Assembly: GCA_963828255.1 (NCBI GenBank)
Contig: CAWHDZ010000030.1
Coordinates: 142,574 to 206,573, forward strand
Length of the DNA stretch: 64,000 nt
DNA from: an uncultured delta proteobacterium
GTDB lineage: Bacteria; Myxococcota; Myxococcia; Myxococcales; Anaeromyxobacteraceae
Reading direction: 5' to 3'
Under the pieces are notes generated by a model. It was not told the DNA's origin. It worked only from the letters and a program-made list of their open reading frames with translations, and searched no databases. Below are positions 32,125-42,166 of the stretch, piece by piece. How positions within the stretch are numbered: the first letter of the stretch is position 1; each line of letters opens with the position of its first letter. The position numbers and the translations under genes were made by a program.

Positions 32125-34223
32125 CCCCCGCACTCCTCGCCCTCGCTCTCGCCGCCACGCCCGCATCCCCCCCGCCGGGCGCGAACCCGCTCCTCACCGC
32201 GTGGACCGCGCCCTTCGGGCTGCCCCCCTTCGGGGAGATCCGGTCCGAGCACTTCCGCCCGGCCTTCGACGCGGCCATGGCCGCGCACCGCGCCGAGGTG
32301 GAGGCCATCGCGGCGAACCCCGACGCCCCCACCTTCGCGAACACGGTGGCGGCGCTGGGGATTTCGGGAGAGCGGCTGGCCTCGGTGCAGGCGGTCTTCG
32401 GGACGCTCGTCTCCGCCCAGTCCACCGAGGAGATCCAGGCCATCCAGCGGGAGATGGCGCCACGCCTCACCCGCCACCGCGACGACACCATGCTCGACGA
32501 CCGGCTCTTCCGCCGGGTGAACCTGATCCGGGAGTCCCCCGCGGCGCAGGCGCTCGAGCCCGACCAGAAGGTGCTGCTGGAGCGGACCTGGAAGGGCTTC
32601 GTCCGGTCCGGGGCCGGGCTCGACCCGGCCCGCAAGGAGCGGCTCAAGGCGCTGAACGGGGAGCTCGCATCACTCGGAGTGAAATTCGGCGACAACCTGC
32701 TGGCCGCCACCAACGGGTGGAAGCTGGTCCTCGACCGGGAATCCCAGCTGGCCGGGCTGCCCCCGGGCCAGGTGACGGCCATGGCCGAGGCGGCGGGCAA
32801 GGCGGGGCTCCCGGGGAAGTGGGTGGTGACCCTCCACGCGCCCAGCCTCTGGCCCTTCCTGAAGTACGCCGATGACCGGGAACTGCGCCGCCGGGTCTTC
32901 GAGGCCTACGCCTCCCGGTGCGACCAGGGCGGGCCCACCGACAACAAGGCCGTCGTGTCGCGCACCGCGGCGCTGCGGGTCGAGAAGGCCCGGCTGCTCG
33001 GCTACCCGACCTGGGCCGACTACGTCCTCGACGACCAGATGGCCGGGAACCCGGCGGCCGCCTACGGGCTCGTGACCCAGCTCTGGGGTCCGGCCAAGGG
33101 GGCGGCGGCGCGGGAGGCCCAGGTCCTCGAGGAGGCCATCCGCGCCGACGGGAAGAGCCACCCGCTCGAGCCCTGGGACTGGTTCTACTACACCGAGAAG
33201 GTGAGGAAGAGCCGCTACGACCTGGACGAGAGCGAGCTGCGCGCCTACTTCCCCATCGACAGGGTCCGCGACGGAGCCTTCGGCGTCGCCACCCGGCTCT
33301 ACGGCATCACCTTCACCGAGCTCCGCGACGTCCCGCGCTGGGATCCGGAGGTCCGGGCCTTCGAGGTGAGGGACCGCGACGGCTCCCACCTGGCCGTCTT
33401 CCTGGTGGACTTCCACCCCAGGCCCGGGAAGCGGTCGGGCGCATGGGCCAGCGGCCTGCGCGGACAGTGGGTGAAGGACGGCAGGGAGGTCCGCCCCATC
33501 GTCACCAACACCTGCAACTTCACCCGGCCGGCAGGCGACGCCCCGGCGCTGCTCTCGCAGGAGGAGGTGGAGACCCTCTTCCACGAGCTCGGCCACGGGC
33601 TCAACTCCATCCTGGCGCGGCGGCGCTACGAGGGCTACGGCCCCATGCCGCGCGACTTCGTGGAGCTCCCCTCGCAGATCATGGAGAACTGGGCCTTCCA
33701 GCCCGAGGTGCTGGCCTCCTACGCGCGCCACTGGAAGACCGGGGAGACCATCCCGCCGGCGGTCGTCGAGAAGATCCGGCGCAGCGCCCGGTTCGACCAG
33801 GGGTTCAAGAACACCGAGTACCTGGCGGCCGCGCTGCTCGATCTGGAATGGCACACCCTCTCCGCCGCCGGCGAGCCCGATGCCGCGGCCCTGGAGCGGA
33901 TCGCGCTGTCGCGCATGGGAATGCCGTCCGCCATCCTGCCGCGCTACCGCACCACCTACTTCCAGCACGCCTTCGGCCCGGGCGGGGGCTACGCGGCCGG
34001 GTACTACAGCTACAAGTGGGCCGAGGTGCTCGACGCCGACGCCTTCTCGCTCTTCGAGGAGAAGGGGCTCTTCGACCCGGCCACCGCGCTGGCCTTCCGG
34101 CAGCTGCTCGAGAAGGGGCGCTCGGTGGACCCCATGGAACTCTACGTGAAGTTCCGCGGGCGGGCGCCCTCGGTGGAACCGCTCAAGCGGAAGCTCGGGC
34201 TGGAGGCGCCGGCGGCCCGCTGA
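32121..34223 (+). CDS. dcp: M3-family metallopeptidase (peptidyl-dipeptidase Dcp-like), exported
   Basis: ATG at 32121; NPLL..PFG, FHELGH, DFVELPSQ, YAAGYYSY.WAEVL. Confidence 0.9.
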   Translation: MTPALLALALAATPASPPPGANPLLTAWTAPFGLPPFGEIRSEHFRPAFDAAMAAHRAEVEAIAANPDAPTFANTVAALGISGERLASVQAVFGTLVSAQSTEEIQAIQREMAPRLTRHRDDTMLDDRLFRRVNLIRESPAAQALEPDQKVLLERTWKGFVRSGAGLDPARKERLKALNGELASLGVKFGDNLLAATNGWKLVLDRESQLAGLPPGQVTAMAEAAGKAGLPGKWVVTLHAPSLWPFLKYADDRELRRRVFEAYASRCDQGGPTDNKAVVSRTAALRVEKARLLGYPTWADYVLDDQMAGNPAAAYGLVTQLWGPAKGAAAREAQVLEEAIRADGKSHPLEPWDWFYYTEKVRKSRYDLDESELRAYFPIDRVRDGAFGVATRLYGITFTELRDVPRWDPEVRAFEVRDRDGSHLAVFLVDFHPRPGKRSGAWASGLRGQWVKDGREVRPIVTNTCNFTRPAGDAPALLSQEEVETLFHELGHGLNSILARRRYEGYGPMPRDFVELPSQIMENWAFQPEVLASYARHWKTGETIPPAVVEKIRRSARFDQGFKNTEYLAAALLDLEWHTLSAAGEPDAAALERIALSRMGMPSAILPRYRTTYFQHAFGPGGGYAAGYYSYKWAEVLDADAFSLFEEKGLFDPATALAFRQLLEKGRSVDPMELYVKFRGRAPSVEPLKRKLGLEAPAAR

Positions 34224-34331
34224 CGCAGCGGCGCGCGGGCCCTCCTGGAGGACGCCGGGCCCGGGACGGGGCCAGCGGCGAACCTGGGGGGAAATGCAAC
34301 AAGATCCCGGGTATCATGCTGCCCCAGCGCC

Positions 34332-35609
34332 ATGGCCCACCACGGCTCCCGATCCGTCTACGATCGCCTCACCGAGCGGCTGAACCGCTTTCCCCAGGGT
34401 GCGCCCCCGTCGGAGAGCCTCTTCGAGATCCTGAAGATCCTCTTCAGCGAGCGGGAGGCGGCGCTGGTCTCGACGCTCCCCATCCGCCCGTTCACGGCGT
34501 CCCGCGCGGCCGGGATCTGGAAGATCCCCGAGGCGGAGGCGCGCCGCACGCTCGAGGAGCTCGCCGGGAGGGCGCTCCTCGTGGACTGGGAGGGGGAGCA
34601 GGGGACCGAGTACGTCCTGCCGCCGCCCATGGCCGGCTTCTTCGAGTTTTCGATGATGCGGGTGCGCACCGACGTGGACCAGAAGGCCCTCGCCGAGCTC
34701 TTCCACCAGTACCTCAACGTGGAGGAGGACTTCGTCCGGGAGCTCTTCGCCGGGGGCGAGACCCGGCTCGGGCGGGCCTTCGTGCAGGAGGAGGTGCTCT
34801 CCCCGGAGAACGCGCTCCACGTGCTCGACTTCGAGCGGGCCAGCGAGGTGGTGCGCACCGCCACCCACCGGGGCATCTCGCTCTGCTACTGCCGCCACAA
34901 GATGGAGCATGTGGGCAAGGCCTGCGCCGCGCCGCAGGACATCTGCATGACCCTCAACGCCTCGGCATCGGCGCTCATCCGGCACGGGCACGCCCGGGAG
35001 GTCGGGGTGGGGGAGGCGCTCGAGCTGCTCCATCGGGCCCAGGAGCGCGACCTCGTGCAGTTCGGCGAGAACGTTCGCGAGGGCGTGAACTTCATCTGCA
35101 ACTGCTGCGGGTGCTGCTGCGAGGCCATGATCGCGGCCCGCCGCTTCGCCGCCGCCCACCCCATCCACACCACCCCGTTCCTCCCGGTGGTGGACGAGGG
35201 CGCCTGCACGGGGTGCGAGCGCTGCGTACGCAGGTGCCCGGTGGAGGCCCTCGCGGCGGTCTCGGCCAACGATCCGAGACGGCCGAAGCGAACGGTGGCC
35301 CGGCTGGACGCGGAGCGGTGCCTGGGCTGCGGGGTCTGCGTCCGGGCCTGCCGCGAGGAGGCGCTGCGGCTCGAGGAGCGCGGGAGGCGGGAGCTCACGC
35401 CCCTGAACGGCGCCCACAGGGCGGTGCTCATGGCGCTCGAGCGCGGCAAGCTCCAGGACCTGGTCTTCGACAACCGGCTGCTCTGGAGCCACCGGGCCCT
35501 GGCCACCTTCTTCGGGGCCGTCCTCTCGCTGCCGCCGGTGAAGCGGCTGGCGGCGACCGAGCAGGTGCGGTCCCGCTACCTGGAGGCGCTGGTGCGAAGG
35601 GTGGGATAG
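34332..35609 (+). CDS. Multi-[4Fe-4S] ferredoxin-domain protein with N-terminal wHTH-like region
   Basis: CYCR, ICNCCGCCC, two Cx2Cx2Cx3C motifs. Confidence 0.82.
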   Translation: MAHHGSRSVYDRLTERLNRFPQGAPPSESLFEILKILFSEREAALVSTLPIRPFTASRAAGIWKIPEAEARRTLEELAGRALLVDWEGEQGTEYVLPPPMAGFFEFSMMRVRTDVDQKALAELFHQYLNVEEDFVRELFAGGETRLGRAFVQEEVLSPENALHVLDFERASEVVRTATHRGISLCYCRHKMEHVGKACAAPQDICMTLNASASALIRHGHAREVGVGEALELLHRAQERDLVQFGENVREGVNFICNCCGCCCEAMIAARRFAAAHPIHTTPFLPVVDEGACTGCERCVRRCPVEALAAVSANDPRRPKRTVARLDAERCLGCGVCVRACREEALRLEERGRRELTPLNGAHRAVLMALERGKLQDLVFDNRLLWSHRALATFFGAVLSLPPVKRLAATEQVRSRYLEALVRRVG

Positions 35610-35647
35610 AATCCCTGCACGGCGCCGGTGCGCGCACGGAGGAAGCG

Positions 35648-35839
35648 ATGCCCGTCAGCAAGAAGCGCAAGAAGGATGGCAAGCCGGTCCACCGCAGCGT
35701 GGCGCCGCCCCCGGCGGCAGCCGCTCCCGACGATCCGGCCACGCCGGTCGTGGAGGCCGAGGCTCCCAGGCGCTTCGGGAAGCCCTCGAACCCGTTCGTG
35801 GCCCGCAAGACCGGCCGCTCTGCCCAGCGGGGCCGCTGA
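35648..35839 (+). CDS. Small basic hypothetical protein (63 aa)
   Basis: GGAGG RBS, ATG, MPVSKKRKK N-terminus. Confidence 0.6.
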   Translation: MPVSKKRKKDGKPVHRSVAPPPAAAAPDDPATPVVEAEAPRRFGKPSNPFVARKTGRSAQRGR

Positions 35840-35846
35840 GCCGGCC

Positions 35847-37271
35847 GTGGCCGCGGCGCGCCGGGGCTGGCACGTCTACCTCCTGCGCTGCGGCGACGGA
35901 ACCCTTTACGCCGGCGCCACCAACGACCTGGCCGGCCGCCTGGCACGCCACGCCGCGGGCAGGGGCTCCCGCTACACGCGTTCGCGCCTCCCCGTGGAAC
36001 TGGCCTGGTCGGCGCGTGCCAGGGGGCGCGGGGGAGCGCTGCGGCGGGAGGCGGCCTTGAAGAGGCTCTCCCGCGCCGAGAAGCTCGCGCTGGTGGAGGG
36101 CGCGAGCCTCCCGGGACGGAAGCCGACCCGCAATCCGGCCACGGACCTCCGTGGCGCGACCCGGCTCGTCGTCGACGCCACCCAGGGCGTGGCCGGCATC
36201 GTCGAGGACATGCAGGGGCCGACCTTCGGGATCGCCGGGCTCGTCCACCTGGGCATCCGGGGAGTGACCCGGCTCGTGGGCGGAGGGGTGGATGCGCTCC
36301 TCGCCCCCTTCGTGCCGCTCCTCGGCGAGACCCGCTCGCGCCCGGCCATGGAGGCCGCGCTGGCGGTGCTGAACGGGGTCGTCGGGGATCACCTGGCCGA
36401 GACCGGCAACCCGCTCGCCATCCCCATGCGGCTGCGGCGGGAGGGCGAGCCGCTCACGGTGGAGCGCCGCGCGCTGGCCGCGGCGCTCCCCGAGGCCACC
36501 GGGAAGGTGCTGGTCCTCGTTCACGGATCGTGCATGAACGACCTCCTCTGGAGCCGCCGCGGTCACGACCACGGCGCCGCGCTGGCCCGCGACCTGGGCT
36601 ACACCGCCGTCTACCTCCACTTCAACAGCGGCCTCCACGTCTCGGTGAACGGGCGCGAGCTGGCGGCGCTGCTCGAGCGGCTGGCCGCGGCCTGGCCGGT
36701 GCGGCTGGCCGAGCTGTCCGTCGTCGCCCACAGCATGGGCGGGCTCGTGACCCGGAGTGCATGCCACCAGGCGGCGCAGGCCGGGATGCGCTGGCCCCGC
36801 AGGCTCCGGAAGCTGGTCTTCCTGGGGACGCCCCACCACGGAGCGCCGGCCGAGCGCCTGGGCAACTGGGTGAACGTGGTGCTCGGTGCGGCGCCCTTCA
36901 CCGGGCCGCTGGCCCGGCTGCCGCGGATCCGCAGCGCCGGCGTCACCGACCTGCGCCACGGGAACCTCCTCGAGGAGGACTGGCGGGGATCCGACCGGTT
37001 CGGGGCGGGGCCGGATCGCCGGCGCCCGGTGCCGACTCCACCTGGGGTGAAGTGCCTGGCCGTGGCCGCCTCGGCGTCGAAGGGTCCTTGCGCCCGGCCC
37101 CGGGGCGACGGGCTCGTGCCGGTGGACAGCGCGCTGGGCCTGCATGCCGATCCGGCGCGGACGCTCGACCTCCCCCCTGAAGGTCGCTTCGTCGTCCACG
37201 GGGCGGGGCATCTCGACCTGCTCGATCAGCCGGAGGTGTACGGGCGGCTGCGGGAGTGGATGGGCGGCTAG
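35847..37271 (+). CDS. GIY-YIG nuclease (UPF0213-like) fused in frame to a PGAP1-like alpha/beta hydrolase
   Basis: WHVYLLRCGDGTLYAGATND..R...H...YTRSR.P, then HGSCM, AHSMGG, GTPHHGA, DGLVP, HLDLL with no intervening stop. Confidence 0.75.
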   Translation: MAAARRGWHVYLLRCGDGTLYAGATNDLAGRLARHAAGRGSRYTRSRLPVELAWSARARGRGGALRREAALKRLSRAEKLALVEGASLPGRKPTRNPATDLRGATRLVVDATQGVAGIVEDMQGPTFGIAGLVHLGIRGVTRLVGGGVDALLAPFVPLLGETRSRPAMEAALAVLNGVVGDHLAETGNPLAIPMRLRREGEPLTVERRALAAALPEATGKVLVLVHGSCMNDLLWSRRGHDHGAALARDLGYTAVYLHFNSGLHVSVNGRELAALLERLAAAWPVRLAELSVVAHSMGGLVTRSACHQAAQAGMRWPRRLRKLVFLGTPHHGAPAERLGNWVNVVLGAAPFTGPLARLPRIRSAGVTDLRHGNLLEEDWRGSDRFGAGPDRRRPVPTPPGVKCLAVAASASKGPCARPRGDGLVPVDSALGLHADPARTLDLPPEGRFVVHGAGHLDLLDQPEVYGRLREWMGG

Positions 37272-39115
37272 GAGGCGAGCGGCGGCACGGGGCAGCCGAG
37301 CGACGCGGCCACCGCCCGGACGATCCCGCCCTCGCCCGGGACCACCTGCCGGTCGGCCAGCGCGCAGGCTGCACAGGCGGTGAGGATCCGCTCCTTGAGC
37401 GCGGGCGCCGCCTCGTCGAGGCGGGCCAGGACCTTGTCGAGCCGGCCCCCGTCCACCCGGTCGCCCGGGAGCAGGCGCCAGGAGGTGGGGACGCCCAGGG
37501 CCGCGAGCCCGGCCTGGAGCGCACGCTGCGCACCCGCCGGATCGGCCGCGCCCGTCCAGGCCAGCGCGGAGAGGAGCTCGAGGCACTCCACCTGCACCTC
37601 CTCCAGCGTCCAGGCCCGGACCGGCGCCGACCGGCGCCCGCCCAGCAGCGGCGTGAGCCTCCGCTCGATCACCCGGCGGACGGCCCAGCGGAAGAGCTCC
37701 GGACGGGCCTGCAGGGAGGCGAGGGCGTCCAGGTCCCGGAGCAGCTCGCCGGCCTGTCCGGGGGACAGGTGGTCGAGCGCCGGCAGCGCCAGGTCGAGGA
37801 GGGCGAGTCGCGCCGACGGGTCCAGGATCCCGACGGCGGAGGCGAGCGCGCGGATCCCGGCCGCGATGGACGGGTCGCGGTCCAGGGCCAGGAGTTGCCG
37901 CTCCAGGACTCCCGGATCGCCGTCCAGGAGCAGGGCGCAGGCCACGCCGCGCGCGCCCAGCGGCTCGCGCGCGCGGTCCACCAGCCCGGGTGGGAAGGTC
38001 GCCAGGATCACGACGGCCCGCTCGATGTGCTCCGGCCCCGGGCGCCCCACCGTCGCCGCGGCGGCCAGCACCGGGGCCGGAAGGGGGGCGCCGCCCTGCA
38101 CCCGAGCGAGCCGGGCCGCAGGACGCGGCTCCACGGGCGGGGATCCTGGTTCACCCTGGGTGATCCTCCGGATCCGCTCCTCCAGGGGCGGGTGGGTGGC
38201 CATCATGCTCCCGAGGAAGCCGCCCACCCCCTCGGCGAAGAAGAGGTGCGAGGCCTCCAGCGCCTCGGGCGAGGAGAGCCGGGAGCCCTGCTTCTCGATC
38301 TTCGCGAGCGCGCGGGCCAGGCCGCCCGGGTTCCGGGTGAACTGCACGGCCGCCGCGTCGGCCAGGAACTCCCGCTGCCGCGAGACCGCGAGCCGGATGA
38401 GCCGGCCGAAGAAGGCCCCGATCGACCCGGCCACCAGGAGCGAGAGCCCGGCGCCGAGGATCACGCCTCCACGCCCCTTGCCCCGGCCGTCGCCGCCCCG
38501 GAGGAGGATCCTTCCCAGGAGCGCCAGCACGGTGAGGCCGCCCACCATCGCCATGAGCCGGGTGCTGAGCCGCGTGTCCGCGTTGAGGACGTGGGAGAGC
38601 TCATGGGCCACCACGCCCTGCAGCTCGTCCCGGTCGAGGCCGTCGAGTGCGCCGCGGGTGACCGCGACCACCGAGCGCTCCGGGGTGAAGCCGGCGGCGA
38701 AGGCGTTCATCCCGGGCTCGCCGTCGAGGACGTAGAGGCGCGGAACCGGGAGCCCCGATGCGATGGCCATCTCCTCGACGACGTTCACGAGCCGTCGCTC
38801 GGCCGGATCGGTCGTCTGCCGGTCGACCGCCCGGCCCCCGAGCATCCGCGCCACCGCGTCGCCGCCGCCGGCCGCCAGGCGCACGGCGTGGAAGGCGCTG
38901 CCGCCGAGGACCACCAGCGTCACCACCCCCGCCATCGGCAGGAGGAGGGCGACCGGGTCGAGCGAGAACGCCAGCGCGAAGCCCACGTCGGCGAGGACGA
39001 TGGTCGCGAGCCACGCGAAGACGAACAGGAAGACGAGGAGACCCGTGTTCCGGCGCGCCCTCGATTGGGCGGCGAAGAAGTCGAGGGTCCTCCGCGCGGG
39101 GAGCGGAGCGGGCAT
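37268..39115 (-). CDS. M48-family (HtpX-like) Zn metalloprotease with C-terminal extension
   Basis: NAFAAG, AHELSH, SRQREFLAD, THPP..ERI. Confidence 0.9.
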   Translation of the reverse strand: MPAPLPARRTLDFFAAQSRARRNTGLLVFLFVFAWLATIVLADVGFALAFSLDPVALLLPMAGVVTLVVLGGSAFHAVRLAAGGGDAVARMLGGRAVDRQTTDPAERRLVNVVEEMAIASGLPVPRLYVLDGEPGMNAFAAGFTPERSVVAVTRGALDGLDRDELQGVVAHELSHVLNADTRLSTRLMAMVGGLTVLALLGRILLRGGDGRGKGRGGVILGAGLSLLVAGSIGAFFGRLIRLAVSRQREFLADAAAVQFTRNPGGLARALAKIEKQGSRLSSPEALEASHLFFAEGVGGFLGSMMATHPPLEERIRRITQGEPGSPPVEPRPAARLARVQGGAPLPAPVLAAAATVGRPGPEHIERAVVILATFPPGLVDRAREPLGARGVACALLLDGDPGVLERQLLALDRDPSIAAGIRALASAVGILDPSARLALLDLALPALDHLSPGQAGELLRDLDALASLQARPELFRWAVRRVIERRLTPLLGGRRSAPVRAWTLEEVQVECLELLSALAWTGAADPAGAQRALQAGLAALGVPTSWRLLPGDRVDGGRLDKVLARLDEAAPALKERILTACAACALADRQVVPGEGGIVRAVAASLGCPVPPLAS

Positions 39116-39139
39116 GACGGGGCGCGTGCCGGCGGCCGG

Positions 39140-39721
39140 CTAGAAGGAGACCTTCACCGGCTCCCGCTCGGCCGGGACCTCGACGGCGAAGGACTGGGCG
39201 GCCGGGAAGCCCCCGGCCAGGATCATCCCGGGGAAGGTCTCGCGGGAGTTGTTGTAGGCCATCACCGCGTCGTTGTAGGCCTGCCGGGCGAAGGAGATGC
39301 GGTTCTCGGTCGAGGAGAGCTCCTCCATGAGCTGCGCCATGGTCTGGTTGGCCTTGAGGTCCGGGTAGGACTCGGCCACCGCGAGGAGGCGGGAGAGGGT
39401 GCCGGTGAGGGCGCCCTCGGCGCTCGACAGGCCCTGCATGGCCTGTGGGTCGCCGGGGTTGGCGGCCGCGGCGCGCACCGCCGTGACCGCCGTGTTTCGG
39501 GCCGACACCACGGCCTCGAGCGTCTCGCGCTCGTGCTTGAGGTAGGCCTTGGCGGTCTCCACCAGGTTGGGGATGAGATCGTGGCGCCGCTTGAGCTGGA
39601 CGTCGATCTGGCTGAAGGCGTTCTTGTAGGCGTTCCGGCCGGTGACGAGGCCGTTGTAGATGGAGATCACCGCGAACACGACCGCGGCGGCGATGCCCAG
39701 CAGCAGAAGGAAGGCGACCAT
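39140..39721 (-). CDS. lemA: LemA family protein
   Basis: YNGLV, QIDVQLKRRHDLIPNL, ESYPDLKAN. Confidence 0.93.
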   Translation of the reverse strand: MVAFLLLLGIAAAVVFAVISIYNGLVTGRNAYKNAFSQIDVQLKRRHDLIPNLVETAKAYLKHERETLEAVVSARNTAVTAVRAAAANPGDPQAMQGLSSAEGALTGTLSRLLAVAESYPDLKANQTMAQLMEELSSTENRISFARQAYNDAVMAYNNSRETFPGMILAGGFPAAQSFAVEVPAEREPVKVSF

Positions 39722-39809
39722 GTGTCCCCCGGGGGCGCAGTCGGGATCCGCGCGCGGAGCAAGGATGGCACACCTGGAACCGGATGGGCCGGGATATCCT
39801 CCCCGGATC

Positions 39810-40709
39810 ATGAAGGAGCTCGCCGGAAGGACCGCAGTGATCACCGGGGCAGGGAGCGGCCTCGGCCTGGAGATGGCGCGCCGCGCCCACGCGCTGGGCA
39901 TGCGCCTCGTCCTCGCCGACGTGGAGCCGGGACCCCTGGCCCGCATCGTCGGGGAGGTCCAGGCCGCCGGGGGATTCGCCTTGGGTGAACCGACCGACGT
40001 CGCCGACGACGCCCAGGTGGCCCGCCTCGCCGACCGCGCCTTCGCCGAGACCGGCGACGTGGGGCTGCTCGTCAACAACGCCGGCGTGGGAGGCGGCGGC
40101 TACGTCTGGGAGACCAGCGAGAAGGAGTGGCGCTGGGTGCTGGGCGTGAACGTGATGGGCGTGGTCCACGGGCTCCGCCGGTTCGTGCCCCGCATGCTCG
40201 AGGCCGAGGCGCGCGGCCGCACGTCACACGTCGTGAACACCGCCTCCATCGCCGGCTGGCTCGCCCCGCCCATGTTCGGCGTCTACAGCGTGTCCAAGCA
40301 CGCGGTGGTGGCGCTCACCGAGACACTCTTCCACGACCTGCGGATGGCCGGGTCGGGGATGGGCGTCTCCCTGCTCTGCCCGGCCTTCGTGCCCACCGGA
40401 ATCTCCCGCTCGGAGCGGAACCGCCCCGCCGACCTCTCCGACGCGGCGCCGGAGACGGCGTCCCAGGCCCGGGCCCGGGCGGCGGTGGAGAAGGCGGTGG
40501 CCGGCGGGAAGATCGGCGCCGCGGACGTGGCCCGGATGACCTTCGACGCGGTGGTGGAGGACCGGTTCTACGTCTTCACCCACCCGCAGATCCTGCCTTC
40601 GGTGCGGGCCCGCCACGAGGCTGCCCTCTCCGGGGGCCCGCCCGCCGATCCCTACGGCCAGCGCCCGGAGCGGCGACCCGGCGCGGCGCGGGAAACGCCC
40701 AAGGGCTAG
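39810..40709 (+). CDS. Short-chain dehydrogenase/reductase
   Basis: TGAGSGLG, NNAG, YSVSK. Confidence 0.92.
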   Translation: MKELAGRTAVITGAGSGLGLEMARRAHALGMRLVLADVEPGPLARIVGEVQAAGGFALGEPTDVADDAQVARLADRAFAETGDVGLLVNNAGVGGGGYVWETSEKEWRWVLGVNVMGVVHGLRRFVPRMLEAEARGRTSHVVNTASIAGWLAPPMFGVYSVSKHAVVALTETLFHDLRMAGSGMGVSLLCPAFVPTGISRSERNRPADLSDAAPETASQARARAAVEKAVAGGKIGAADVARMTFDAVVEDRFYVFTHPQILPSVRARHEAALSGGPPADPYGQRPERRPGAARETPKG

Positions 40710-41419
40710 CGTCCGGCCCGGGCCGCCCGCCCCGACTCCACCCACTCCCGCAGCACCCGCTCCATCTCCTGCGCGAAGACGAGGCGCACCGCCTCGAGCG
40801 CGATGGGGCGGAGCTGGCGCAGCGCGACGCCGAGGGGAGGTGCGCGGCCGGCGGCGGCCCGGCGGGCCCGGCGGGCCAGGAAGGGCTCGGCCAGCTCCTC
40901 GGCGGTGCGGGAGAGCCGCTTGCGCAGCGTGCGCTGCAGGCCGGCCACCGCCTCGAGGTCGATCCCTGCGGCCTCGAGCCGGACGGCGAGCGCCAGCATG
41001 GCCACGCTGGGGACCAGGAAGTCGGCGCCCCGGCGGGTCACCAGGCCGTGGCGGACCAGGTCGGCGAGGCGGCCGGGCCTGAGCTCCCCCGCCAGCGCGG
41101 AGAGCTCCTCCGTATTCACGATCCGTGACTGGTCCTCGGCCCATGGCTCCCGCAGCCGGTCCTCCAGGCCCAGCCACTCCTCCAGGCGGGTCTCGCCCCG
41201 CTCGACGCGACCGAGCAGCTCCTGGATCGCCTTGATCTTGAGGCCGCGGTCCTGGAGCTGCGCGATCCGCCGGAGCCGCTCGACGTGTCCGGGGCCGTAG
41301 TGGGCGACGCGGCCGCGCATCTCCGGCCGGGGCAAGAGCCCCTTGGTCTGGTAGAAGCGCACGGTGCGGCTGGGGATCCCGGCCTCGCGGGCCAGGTCGT
41401 CGATGGTGAGGTCGCTCAC
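40706..41419 (-). CDS. MerR-family transcriptional regulator
   Basis: GTG at 41419 coupled to the upstream stop; TIDDLARE..SRTVRFYQTKGLLP. Confidence 0.88.
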   Translation of the reverse strand: MSDLTIDDLAREAGIPSRTVRFYQTKGLLPRPEMRGRVAHYGPGHVERLRRIAQLQDRGLKIKAIQELLGRVERGETRLEEWLGLEDRLREPWAEDQSRIVNTEELSALAGELRPGRLADLVRHGLVTRRGADFLVPSVAMLALAVRLEAAGIDLEAVAGLQRTLRKRLSRTAEELAEPFLARRARRAAAGRAPPLGVALRQLRPIALEAVRLVFAQEMERVLREWVESGRAARAGR

Positions 41420-42075
41420 CGGGCCACCGGGAGGACGAGCAGCACCACCGCCAGGAAGTGGCAGGTGCTCCCCCCGAGGACGAAGCCGTGCCACACCGCG
41501 TGGGCGTAGCGGACCCGCTTCATCACGTAGAAGACGGTCCCGAGGGAGTAGAGAAGCCCCCCGGCCACGAGCAGGGGGAGCGCACCGGGCGGGAGCGCGT
41601 CCACGAGCCGTCGCCCGGCCAGCACCACCATCCAGCCCATGGCCAGGTAGACCACCGCCGAGACCCACTTCGGGCGGTAGACCCAGAAGGCCTCCATGCC
41701 CACGCCGGCGAGGGCGAGCACCCACACCGCGGCGAAGAGCCCCCAGCCCACGGGCCCGCGCAGCGCCAGCAGGGTGAAGGGGGTGTAGCTCCCGGCGATG
41801 AGCAGGTAGATGCTGGCGTGGTCGAGGACCTTGGCGACGTGGCGCGCCCGGGGGGACGAGGAGGCGTGGTAGGCCGTCGAGGCCGTGTAGAGGAGGATCA
41901 TCGTGGCCCCGAAGATGGCGGTGCTGGCGACGTGCCAGGCGTCCCCGAACCAGGTCGAGAAGACCAGCAGGACGGCCAGCCCGGCGCCGCTGGCGATGGC
42001 GCCCAGGCCGTGGGTGGCCACGTTGGCGGCCTCCTCGCCGGGGGAGTAGGGGGAGATCTCCGGGTGGCGCAGCAT
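41416..42075 (-). CDS. Hemolysin III / PAQR membrane protein
   Basis: EEAAN..THG, STAYH, LDHASIYLLIAGSYTP, HAVWHGFV. Confidence 0.92.
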   Translation of the reverse strand: MLRHPEISPYSPGEEAANVATHGLGAIASGAGLAVLLVFSTWFGDAWHVASTAIFGATMILLYTASTAYHASSSPRARHVAKVLDHASIYLLIAGSYTPFTLLALRGPVGWGLFAAVWVLALAGVGMEAFWVYRPKWVSAVVYLAMGWMVVLAGRRLVDALPPGALPLLVAGGLLYSLGTVFYVMKRVRYAHAVWHGFVLGGSTCHFLAVVLLVLPVAR

Positions 42076-42086
42076 ATGATGTGACA

Positions 42087-42115
42087 CCTATAACCGTTAC
42101 ACCAAACGATGTCAA
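42087..42115 (-). promoter_or_regulatory. Sigma70-type promoter of the PAQR-MerR operon
   Basis: Minus strand TTGACA-N17-TATAGG, 11 bp upstream of the ATG. Confidence 0.55.
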
Positions 42116-42166
42116 TACGGACGGACCGGGAAGCAATCCTGCCGCACCGCGTTATGATCCTCCGCG

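Noticed and set aside
30255..34223. 1322-aa ORF as one protein
   Set aside because: The first ~620 codons are an off-frame read of the TMTC-like gene; the peptidase starts at ATG 32121 with its own signal peptide.
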